Positions 46,602 to 58,321 of a stretch of DNA of 64,000 nucleotides are shown piece by piece. The number at the start of each line of letters is the position of its first letter. Position 1 is the first letter of the stretch. Both the position numbers and the translations under genes were made by a program. The notes below the pieces were generated by a model. The model did not search any database. It was given only the letters and a program-made list of their open reading frames with translations, and was not told the origin of the DNA. The DNA is from Setoptus koraiensis (Eukaryota > Animalia > Arthropoda), in NCBI GenBank assembly GCA_048013815.1, contig CM106585.1:6014001-6078000 (forward strand). The letters run 5' to 3'.

Positions 46602-49600
46602 CGGCTGCGAGCAGGGGAGCGGGCGAGCGCGATCCGAATTTGAATGAATAATCGATTTTATCGATTTGGCGCTGCGTTGTGGGCCGCGGCGCCGGCCCGA
46701 GACTGCGGACCGACGGAGAGCTCGCTTGTGTGCGGAGAGATTGCGAGAATCTCGGTCGGACTGTCGGTCGGCGAGCGCTGGCAGCAGGCGCGAGATATTG
46801 CTGCCGCTGTGGGCGCTGCTGTCGGCGCAGAGGGGCGCTCAATTAGGTAATCGCTGGCCGTTGTTGGCGCACGCAGCAGATCCGCGCGCGAGATAGAGAT
46901 TGGAAATTGGAGAATGGTGCCGATGCTCGACAATGCCGCCGCGCCCGTCCATAAACAATGCGACTGGCGGTCTCGCCAGTGGCGCGGCCTCGCCAGGCTC
47001 GCAGTATCGCCAGTCTCGCAGTCTCGCAGTCTCGCCAGCCCGAGCGCCCGACCCGCGGACGACCCGGCCAGCCGACGGCCCGACGCCAGCCGACGGCCCG
47101 ACGGGCAGCCGCATCGGCTCGGACGCATCATTAGGCCGGCCGGCCGAGCGCACGGCCGGGCGCATAGACGGCGCATAGACGGCGCGTCGACATAGGCGGC
47201 CCGACGGCTAAAAAAGGCGCACAAGTGGCGCTATCCGACACACGCGCGCAGATACCCGCGCTTGGAGGCTCGCGCGTTATCGCGTGCGGCGTATCACGAG
47301 CGCGCTCGCCAAGATGATCATCTTGTTTGTCATGCAAACATAATCATTTATCATTCGCGTCGCTCGTGCGCCCTCGCCAGCGCTGGGGCCCGCCGCTGGC
47401 GCGCGACGTGGCCGGCACCAGGCGAAAATCTCTCGTGGAAACGCACATAAATATCTAAATATATCCACATATCTGTGCGTCTGTATATTCATGTGTGTGC
47501 GCGTGGCGAGCTCGCCCGCACGAGTCGCACAAACGCGAGCCCGAGTCGCACAAACGCGAGCCCGAGTCGGCCCGTTCGGGCTTGTCCAGCGCAGCTCGGA
47601 TACTGAGTAATACTGAGTAATATGAGCCGGCCAGCGGTGATTATTTGTCGGCTTGCCGGCGTGGGCACATCGCGCGATACATACAAAAATATCCGGGCCC
47701 CAGCGTTGCGACTCGCATGTCGTGGGCGCATCGCGCACGGGCCGTGAGTCACAACGCGCCACAAGGGCCCGAATAAACGGCCACGGCCCGATAATGCGCC
47801 CATCACCTGCCCGAGCCAATTTGAGTGGACACATCATTAGCGGGCCGGGTGTCGCTGGCGCCGCGCACGCCGTACACCGCGGGCCGGGCGCAAGTGAGCC
47901 GAGAAGGACGACGGCGGCAAGCAACGGCAGCGGACGGGCCAATCATGGTCAGTGTCTTATTTACAACTTTGCCACTCCATTGGCCCGCCGCCGCTCGTCG
48001 GGCCTCATTTTGGTGGCGCATTGAGCTCATTTGGTGTCGCCGGGCCCACTGTCGCATCATGGTCGGGCCATAAACAAGCGCCTGATGATGATTAAATTGG
48101 AGAAATGATTGAACTGGCCGCGCCGTCGTCGGGCCGACCGCCCGCGCCGCGCCGACCGTCAGTGTCGACACTGACGCCCGGCGACACCCGGCGCCGGGCA
48201 CTAGACGCCGCATACTGGGTACCGGACGCCAGATACTCGATCGCGACGCTGCACGATGCACCGATCTAAAGCCCTCCGGCCAGCTCCCGCGGCCCGCAAA
48301 CAATCAAAACACGCACGCTGGCCGGCAGGTGACGGGCACAGGGATTAGGCGCCAAGATTAGCGCTCGCCAGAGATTAATAATATGCGCTGCCGCCGGCCA
48401 GCTTACCTTATCGCGCACCTCGGGCCCGTCGGGCAGCGCGTAACTTGTTATGTAACTGTGCATGCAACGTTGTTTATATCTCGCAACGGTGCAACGGTGC
48501 ACAGAGGAGGCGCCCCATGAAAGTTGCATAGTTACGTAATATATATAAGTTACATAATATATATAAGTTACATAATATGTGTATATATGAGCGCGAACAC
48601 ATATGAGCGGGCCGCATTTTGTGCGCGTGGCTTACGGGCAGAGCGATGCGGCCCGCGTTAGGCCCACCAGCTAATGACAAGATGCGCATCGCGCGACGCC
48701 AATATCACCTCATATCCGATGGCTGCAACTGCCGCGCCCGGCGGCACCCAGCGGCACCCAATTGGCACCTCGAGCCGGTTTAGTCAACTCGGCGCCCTCT
48801 TGACTCTTGTCTACTGAGCTGGCGCCGATTGAATCGAGCGCATGACTCATTGAGCGGTGCGCTGGGGCCCCGGTCGGCCCGTCGCCAACCGGCCGGGCGA
48901 GCCGACAACGAGACTGGTAGCGCCGACTGTTTGTGACACTGCGCGCGTGCCCGCATTCTTTTATGCTCACACAATAATGCAATATGTGCGACATAACACG
49001 CGGTGCGACATGACGACAGTTGCCTCAATCGCACGTTCGCACCCACTCTTGCGGGCCAATCAGCCGGGGCCCAAGAAATTGGCGCGCACGGAGCGAGCCA
49101 AGCTCAACGGCGGGCCCAACGGAGTGGATCGCGGCAAGTGAAAATAACAGCTCGGCGGCGGCGGCCAAGTCGCACGGGCGACATTGTTCGGCTCGGCGGC
49201 CCACAGCGTGCTGGCGGCGGCCCGCAACATATGCGCCCGTCTGGCGTTATCTGTCTTGACTGGATTACGCAGCTGCATGGCCAGTGATAAATTATGCAAA
49301 TCATTTACTGCGCACCGCAACATATTTGTCAGCGGGCCGCCGTTTTGTTGTCGCCCGCTCGCCCGTGCAACACTCACGCTGCCGTCTGACTGAGGCCGCT
49401 GTCGGGCGGGCTTGCGGCCGCAGTCGGGCGGGCCCCTGCCGGCACCGGGTTTGCACGCGCTGGCAAACGCGTGCAGGTCTCCCGAACAACTTCTTTGTGC
49501 GCGCTTCGAACGCTCGCCGAGCCCCGAATGCGCGCCGGGCCGCGAACGAGCGCCAAGAGCCGCGGCAGACGGTCGCGGCAGCGCTGAGCCAAATTGCAAA

Positions 49601-52600
49601 TTAAATTCATGCCAATTGCCGCTCGCGAGCTGTCATTAATGAGTGCGGCTGCCATGTGCAGATCCGATCCGCTGAGGCGCCTCGTGAGCGGCCCCTCTCA
49701 CGAGCCGAGCCGCGCGACACTGTCGCAGTGTGCGCCTATTGACCGAACAATCGGCCCACAATGCGCCCGAGAACGTGCCCCGCTGATAATGATCTGGGGC
49801 CTCGCTGCGCAAGGTGCCAATGGGGCCCGGCTGCACAAGCGGCAAATGGGGCCCGGCTGCACAGGCGGTCGGCCACCGCAACGTGCCAGCCGAACGGGCG
49901 CCGCACGGGCCCCAATCAGCGAGCGCCGGACGCAGTGATGCAAACTGCGCACTTGAAGTGTGTGTGTGCACTTACGCTATGCGCACCAACAGTTAGCAAG
50001 GGGGCGCGTATTAAGGCGCATTGAGGGCCCTCACTTATCCGCAGCTCACTTGTCCGCGGCTCACTTGTGCGCGGCTCACTTACGCGCGCAGCGCGCGATG
50101 GCATGCGAACGGGCGCGCTCATTGACTCCGACTCATTGAATCGGTCGCACCAATTGGGGGCTCAACTCGCAGCTCATTCGCCGGCCTGCGAGCTACCCGT
50201 GGGCAGCGCGCAAGCTACCCTCAGGTAAGCTGATGCGGCTGCACGGCGAGGTGCCAAGGGGCAATCAATCACGCACAGCTTAGCGACTGCTGGCGAGCCG
50301 AGCCACTGAGCCGCCAAGTTGAGCAAAGTCGCGCCAGCGAGCCCGGTGGCACAGTGCGGCCGTCGGGCCGCCTTCGGAGCGTTGTGCAGCGGGCGCCGTT
50401 GGAGCGCTGTGCAGCGGCGGCGGTGGCGCACACTGATATCAGTATATCGGTGATATAGCAGCGACAGGTGAGTGGTCAGTTTCAATGAGGTGGCCTGGCC
50501 GGCGAGCATATGGCTGCACCTTGCACCGAGTGCCTGGTCATTGTGAGTGGCGGGCGTCACGCTGCGCCGAGCCGGGCCAATCTTGGCCAATATTGGCTGA
50601 GACAATTGCCGGTCGGTCGCTCGATGCGGGGTGTCATTGCGATTGCGGGTAATTGTGCCCGCAATGGCAATGATATCGCAATACGCAATCGATATACGTT
50701 GTGTGTACAATGGATGTAATATGGATACGGCCGGCGGGCGCATTATCATTGTGTTATCAATGGCCAACGGCCAATGGCGCCAACGGAGTGTCGATAAAAT
50801 GGAGTATCGCCTGCATCGGCCGAATGGAGGCCATAAATCAATTATGGGCGCATCTCGCCTTGCCAGTTACGCCAGCGCATGCATATCTCATAGTTAGATG
50901 GCAAAGGCACATCCCAGCGTATGCACAATTGTATATAACTGTACATAACTGTGTATAACTGGCACAACTGGTATGACTGGTGTTACGTAACCGTAACTCT
51001 TACATAACCGTAACTGTTGTGCAACTGCGACTGTTGTGCAACTGTCTCACCTGTGCGCACTGGCGCCATTCGAACAGGTATAACAGGTGTGCGGCGCCGA
51101 TCGTTGTGCGCCGGGCGGCACAACAATTGAGAGATCAACAAACTCAATTAGGCCAATTGGCCAATAACGGCCAACGGATGGTCAATTCGGCAAGTCGCTG
51201 TATGTTATACGACGCAGCGACGCCGGGCAAGTGGGCACGCAATGGCGATACACACATAATGCGATCATGACATGACATTCATGACATGACATCGCGTTCA
51301 CGACGACGCCGGCGATAACTCGCTCGCCCGTCTAGCCAAAATGGTCACCGTCTGGCCAAAATGGTCACTGGCTGGCCAGAATGGTCGCTGGCTGGCCAAA
51401 ATGGTCGCTGGCTGGCCAAAGTGGTCACGCTCTGACGTGCGGTGTCGCCACTCGAGCTCGGTGTACGCCGCACATATTGCCGCCTGTTACAAGTGGCGTC
51501 CCATTATATCTGGTTGTTGTTGTTGCGCATGGCGGCCGCATGGGTTGCGGCGCTGGCCACGATGAAATATTGCCGGCTGGTTTCGTGTGTTCGTTCGCGT
51601 GGCCACTCACACACACACACACACACTCACACACGCTGCTGCTGCGCACAATATACGTTAGGCCGTTTACCTGGCGGGATATTTGTCCGTTGGTGGCGAG
51701 ACATTTACCTGTCGGCGGCGACTCGCTGAGCGGCCTGTGCCCTGAGACTGTTTGCAGTCGCAACTGTTTGCTTTGCGCCGTGGCAGCCTGCAGCACTGGT
51801 CGCGCTGACCGGCTCACCTGTTAGGCGGCCGGCCGCAACAAAAGTCGCCAACAGAGCTCGACATAGAGCTGGCCACGACAAAACAGTGGCGCACACAGTG
51901 GCAACGAGTGCAATATGTCGGCTATATGTGTCAGACAGCTAACGGCGCACCACAAATCATATCGGCGTTGCGTAAGTCATCGGCGGCCACTCAGCTGGCA
52001 TCGCTGATGTTGTTGTCGTACTCTCAAATTGTTGCGCTGGCATGACAGTGGCGCGATGCGGCGACGATGCTCTCACGGCTCTCTGATCGGCCGCCCTGAT
52101 AAATGGCGAGACCGTCGGGTCGCTGTGAGCGACTTTCAAGTGCAAGCCCGTTAACGAACGGCCGTGTGGCGTGTAAATTATTCATAGTTCAGTTGACGAC
52201 AACTCGCCGGCTCAACAGCGACGGCTCACGTAACGCAACGTAATAAATTCATATGAAGCAGCATGCAATGCGAAGTACGCAATATGTAAGAGTTCACGTA
52301 AATGTTTAAGAGTCGGTTAGTTAGCGGTCATCATTTGCATGCTCATTTGGTTGTCGGCGCCGGCCGCTCGGGTTCGACCGCTCGGGTCCGACCGCTCGCG
52401 TCCGACCGTATAAGAATATCATATCTTATAGACCGCTCGCGTCCGAGGACGCGGCGCGAGCGCGCTGCGTGATTGGCGCTCGCTCGCCCATCCGACAAGC
52501 GCACCGTCAAGTCGAGTTGTTGGCAGGGTGCATGCACATCGGAGCCGATCGAGCGAATCATTCAGCGACTGACCGCCCCCGCTCGATTATGGCCGCTCCA

Positions 52601-54968
52601 ATGAGAGCTGCTAATTAGGGCGGCCACAATTGCAATTGTTGGGCCGCCGCCGTGGCGTAACAATCGCGGTGCAGCGCCCCCAAAGAGCGCCCCCAAAGAG
52701 CGCCCCCAAAGAGCGCCCGGTTCGCGCGGCTCGGTATTTATGTGATGCACCATGTTGTTTATGTGTTGTGGTCTCGCTCGGTGCGACATGATTTACTGTA
52801 ATGTGATTTGCCCTAATGCGATTTAGCCTAATGCGATTCAATTAGGCGCAATTTGATGAACGGCGACGACGAGTCGTGGGCGGCCGCCGCTCGAGTCTCG
52901 AGTCGGGCCGACTCGAGACTCGATTGGGCCGACTCGAGTCGAGCCGCAACAGTGGCCGGCTTGAGAGTTTGCCGTTCGGGCACCACTTTTCAGCGACACT
53001 CTCTCGGCGTGCTCACCTGTTGTTTTGTCAACTCGCTGCCTGTGTTCGCTGCCTGATCGCTGGCTGTTCGCCGGCTGCGTTCGTTTCGCTGGCGGTGTCC
53101 GGCCAACGCAGCGAGTGTGAGCGTCGTCGGCTGGCCGAATGTCCGAAGTAGCCGAAGTGGCCGAATGTTCGAACGGTCGAATTGTATGAATGGCCCATAG
53201 AAATGGCCGGTGATTCACTGCATGTTTGGGCAGCTCGACGAGCCCGGCGAGCTCGACTGTGCCGCGACACTGCAAACGATCGCAGCGCCGACGATCGCGC
53301 TGCAAGCGATCGCAACGCAAACGAACGGCAACGACGGCGCACGCTGGCCAACAGCGAACTGACAACCGACTTGTGAGCAGGGGCAGTTTAATTTGCAGTT
53401 TAGCGGCCGAGCCCCACGCCAACAAGCAAACGGCGAAGCGTTCGCAAGCCGGCGCTGATTATAATTAATTGTTGCCTCATATGTCATGACCTCATCAGCG
53501 CATAATAGCAATAATAATGTTATATAATGTTAGCCGGTTGCCGGTGTGCTCTACTGGCGTTGCGTGCGTTATGTGTGTGTGTGTGTGTCCAGGCGTGATC
53601 GTATCTCCTTGGCACATACCGTGTATATCCGACGGCGGCGAGTTGCAGGTGTATCGGCGGCGCAAAGTATCGAGACGGGGTGGCAGCGACAAGTGCAACA
53701 ACCAGTGCGCCAACCGGCCAGCCAGTGACACAGACCACACAGGTGAGCGCAGCCAACGATTAATTAGAAGCTCATTAACGAGCTGTGCTGTGCTGTCGCT
53801 GTTGTTTGTTGTGTCGGCGTTTGTGGCTCGACTTGCGCTGTTGGTCGACAGTATAACACCGGCATGTTGGTGTTAGCATTGAACTTGCGTCGTGTCGCCA
53901 TCGTTGCAGCTCGCCTGACGGCGGCTTGTCGGGCGGCGCTCAGGTGAGTGCGCGCTGTGCGGTGTCAGTTTGTTGCCGGTTCCTGTTTGTCGATGTTTGT
54001 CCGGCGGCCACTCAACGCATCTGGCCACTGTTGGCAGCTCACCGGCAACAACTCGCGAGCCCGTCGCAGTGGCCAAGATGCTCGCTTCGACTATCTTGCG
54101 CTGAATATCGCCAATAAATCATCGCTGCGCCGTGCTGTTGGCTTGTCACTGGCTTGCGACCAGTGACAGTGGCGCGACGTAACTGTTCACGTGGGCCGCC
54201 GCTGACCAGCGCCAGTTGCCGCTGACCAGCGCTGGTGCCACTGAGCGCCGCCAGTGGTCAACACGTCGCACGCTCGGCACACCGACAATCAATCCGACAG
54301 TAACTGTTGAACGGTTTGTGTGTGTGCCTTGACGTTCTTGCGTTTGACCATCAGCTGCTCGGCGCTGGCAACAGCTGACGGCCGGCAACAGCTGACGGCC
54401 GGCAACAGCTGACGGCTGCATGACAGCTGACAGTGTGGCATACGTGTGACATACGCGACTGATGCCGTAATATCTACAGGTAGCTTGACGTTGTGAGCGC
54501 TATGCTGGCAAGACGCAATTAAGAAATGTGCTGTCGATTTATATGATGACAGTATTGATTTTGCCATTGATGATGGCCGTGCCCCCATCCGCAGCGCGTC
54601 CCGAAGGTTGACAACCGCTGGTCGCTTGCCACAATGCAGGCAGGGCAAGTGGGCCGTAACTGGGCCAAAATGGTTGCTCTGACAACCAGTGTGAGGGACG
54701 AGTTAATGCGTGCGATGTGTATGTTCATAATGTTGTATTGGTGCTGGAGTCGAGTGAAATTGTCGTGTCGCCAACACGATGTTTGTCGCTGATCTTGTGG
54801 CTTCGAGTCGATCTTTCGGCTTGTGTAGCTGCACTGTTGGGGCTTGGTCGGCCCATCGACTGTCCAATAAACAAACAAAGCTCTGGCCGGTGCTTCGAAT
54901 GTCACACAGAAGAATTCGCGTTTAGCGCGCAAGTAAACCGCTCTGGCGCCAGTTCACTCAAGTGCTCA

Positions 54969-55081
54969 ACTTACCTTCTTTAGGTGCCCCTTTGAGGTTC
55001 CTATGCAAGCAAATGTGCGCTGATTTTTGTTGATTGTTGTTGCTGTTGCTGCTGAGATTAAATTTGCGTTGACATAACTGA
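54969..55081 (-). pseudogene. Inverted copy of the 3' end of the Plexin-B exon, including its 5' splice site
   Basis: Reverse complement aligns to 59913-60022 (about 95/110, one 3-nt indel) and ends GGGCACCTAAAGAAG|GTAAGT exactly as in the gene. Confidence 0.92.
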
Positions 55082-56490
55082 CTGGCCAATGGCTGTTGTA
55101 TTAGGTGGTGGATAAATCGATATAGCGCCGTTATGCATAGAAAAAAATTACTTTCATTTCGCTAATTTGTTGTGCTGTTGCTCGCTTGAGTGGTAAACAT
55201 CGAATGAAAGAGAAAGCGAAAACGAAAACGAAAGCGAATCAGGTACGCAAAGGATGATTAAAAATGAAGCGCTAAAAATAGATAGATAGATAGATTGAAA
55301 TTATAATTAAATTAAATAACTATGCGAGCAGATGCGAATGACCTGGAATTAGGTAAATAGAACAGTCAGGTCATTCTTATGCATTGCTATGTTGCTGTCT
55401 TGATAACTTGTACAATCTGCACACACTTTGGCTGGGCAATTCTGAATGACAACAAGCATTAGCGACCATTGTGCCATTGGCAAATAAATACACTGATACT
55501 GATGTAACTTTCTTATCTCCCACCTAGACAACACTTACACTTACACACTCTTTAGCGCATTTAGTGCGCCGTTTACCCTTTCCCCGCCAATCTTGACCAC
55601 ACACACACGCACACACACCACACACACACACACACTCTTTGGCAATCCCCAAACCAATCAAGCCGCTCATGAGCCGCGCCCCTTCTCTCCCACTTGAGCA
55701 TGTCCATCATGTCGCTTCGGTAGAAGATATACCACAGTCAGTGGATGTGCCCACTCCGAAATCGTTTAGCCAAATTGGCATGCGGAAGACAGTTAGAATG
55801 TGTTAGAAGATGTGCCAGGGGAAAGAAGCAATTATTATTACATCACAGCAATTAAATCATAGCAATTAGAGCGATGCGAGAATAAACGAATGTCAACATT
55901 GGTCCCATCTGTCAGTGCTCGTGAAAATCGATTGTCCGTTGGTGATGCCCATTAGGCTCGCACGAAACAGTGTTGTCAGTGTTGATAATAGTTGGCCAAC
56001 ATTCAAAGAGTTGCACTCGCCTTGGATTCTCTGGATACATGGTTGGTCGACTGGAGTTTCAATACCGTCTATTGAATACAACCAGCAACTTTCAGACTCT
56101 TGTGATGCACATGAGGCCCGAGAATAGTCCCCCGTGTTGCAGGGATCACCCATCCCTGAGATCTTATTGTCGCCCTGTCAGGGCGGTAGTATTAATTATT
56201 ATTATTAATAGATGGCGATTTGTGCCAACAGTTCGTGTCGCTCGAGGCCGCTCAGGCAAAGCAGCGCCTGATTGCTGAAGAGCCACTCAATGATGTCTGT
56301 CTACTCATTGATCAACTTGTTGAACGTACACTGTAATTTAAACAATCTTTGTTCGGCGCTTATCAAATTAGATGGAGACGATCTCGCTCAATTGGGAGTG
56401 CAAACTAAACATACCAATCAATTATTTTTAAATACTAACCTATAATATATTCATTCTACGATCTATCATTATTTCATCATCATAGTTTGA

Positions 56491-56830
56491 CTAGACCGGC
56501 CATTGCCACTGACTGGAGGGTGCCTGCTGCACAAGAGGTTCCCAGAGCTTATGTTTGGCCATCGTGTGAACTAATTCCAGCTCGTCTCGAGCGTGCTCAA
56601 TCAGTTCTTCATTCCGAAAATCCAGCTTTTTCTCGATCTCTCGCGGATCCGTTGTAGTTTCAACTACATTCATCCTATGCTTGGTAATTGACGCACTGTG
56701 TCGCTTGTAGACAGATTCATCGGGTAATTTCGACAGAGCAAGATCAATTTTATTGCATGCTTCCAATGGTTCTCTTTGTGGATCGACTACAACAGCCAAG
56801 CCACAATCCGGTTGTCGTTTTGGTAGCCAT
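56491..56830 (-). CDS. NDUFA5: NADH dehydrogenase 1 alpha subcomplex subunit 5, with an apparent 1-nt frame discontinuity at about 56803
   Basis: C-terminus EELIEHARDELELVHTMAKHKLWEPLVQQAPSSQWQWPV matches NDUFA5 (KLWEPLVEEPPADQWKWPI). The N-terminal MATKTTTGL (cf. KKTTGLVGLAV) from the ATG at 56830 is out of frame with GLAVVVDP. Confidence 0.85.
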
Positions 56831-57012
56831 GATAATGATTTAAATATGACAATTATAACAAATACAGGGAATTACGTGAATCGCCGGTTGTTTCGAATTT
56901 CGATTGGAGTGGCGTTTATCAATAATTTCTGTTGCTGGAATCAGTTGAGGTGTAAAGAGGCGACTCTCTCTCTCTCCCTCCCGTGGTCTTTGCAATTGAC
57001 GATCAAGTGATG

Positions 57013-57293
57013 CTCTGTTGGTTGAGAATAGACCAATTGAGACGCGTTCGTTGGTTTCAATAAATTTGGTCCGGTTTCTAGAGATCGTACACCAATGGCG
57101 GTCACGAGATCTCACAGCGTCCTTGAATGTGTGAGCGCGATCAATGACGACAACCTTGTTGACGTTTGTTGTCAGCTTCATACTGTCCTCGAAGGCTTCG
57201 AGTCAAAGCTCTCGCAATGCACGATCACCTGATGCTCGAGCCTGGAGTTCGAGTTCCACCGGTGAAGCACATTTCAGGCGCCCAGGTGCAGCG
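57013..57293 (-). pseudogene. Inverted mosaic of four Plexin-B exon fragments
   Basis: Reverse complements: 57223-57293 ~ 58818-58888 (55/71); 57131-57191 ~ 58942-59002 (55/61); 57055-57111 ~ 59219-59275 (54/57, including 34 nt perfect); 57013-57055 ~ 59633-59675 (40/43). Confidence 0.92.
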
Positions 57294-58321
57294 TGAACCG
57301 GGTCTAACCAGTGTTACCAGAGTCTAACCAGAGCAAAATGGTTGAGCTCGTGAAAATTGACGAGCACGCTTGTTTGCCGCGAACGGTCGCTGCATGGGCA
57401 TTCGGTGCATGCTGCATGCACCAAAAGCTCATGCACCGACTTTTGGAGTTTGGGGTGAAAGATTTTGCACCGCGTTGCAGCGACTCAGGATTCCTGAGTC
57501 AGGATGGACGCGGCGACGAAAACCCCGTTGAGTCGGCGCGCTGAGTCTGCAGTTTTGTGCAGTGTGCGCGTTGCGGCGCCACTGGAGTTCAGTGGTGAGT
57601 GAACACACTGAAACACTCACAGCGACTGAATACACTGGCGCACACACAGGCCTGCACAGAACTGCTGGCCTGGCTTGCGTGGCTTCGGCCAGTCTGAGCC
57701 TGAGTCGGCTCAAGTTGGTTTGGCGGCGGCGGCGGCGGCGGACGCGCACGGCGTGAGCAACGCCAGTAGAGCAGTGTGTGCGCTCATTCGGCATTTGGAT
57801 CGCAAACGATCAACACGCACACACACACACACACACTCATTGCGAGTGACTCACATGAAAACGCAACAATCAACGCGCGCCGTGTAACGTTCGATCAGCG
57901 ACAATTAGTGCTCAAAGTTGTACAGTTTGCAGCGAACAAATCGCGCACCGATCGAATTGTGTCTACACATTGTTTCTGTATCCGTCTGTAGCGTTGGCCA
58001 GTCAGTCAACTGGCGAAGACAAAAGAAGAAAAAAGAAGAGAAGAAGAAAAGTTCGCCCGTTCAGTTCATCGCAAGCTAATCGCGCAACAAAGTGTCAACA
58101 TCGACTCGTGATCACATCGATTGCGAGTGTCATCGATAGCGCGGTTGCAGTTCGCCTCCGGCAACACGTGCCCCACGCATGCAGCTCAATAGCTCACATG
58201 ACGACATAGGCAAGATCATCATCGCCATTATCATTATTATTTTATTACACAATTATTATCATAATTATAATTATAATTAATTACTCATCACGCAAACATC
58301 AGCGCACACACATCAAGCGCA

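Noticed and set aside
55893-56290. Additional firm plexin-derived blocks between NDUFA5 and block 5
   Set aside because: Only short gapped matches (e.g. AATAGA..TATTGA, AATGGGC.ATCA, CAGCAATCAG) that could be chance; not accepted without a scored alignment.
56840-57181. 113-aa minus-strand ORF as a genuine plexin-like gene
   Set aside because: It is a by-product of the mosaic: only blocks 2 and 4 are in the plexin frame, block 3 is out of frame, and there is no signal peptide.
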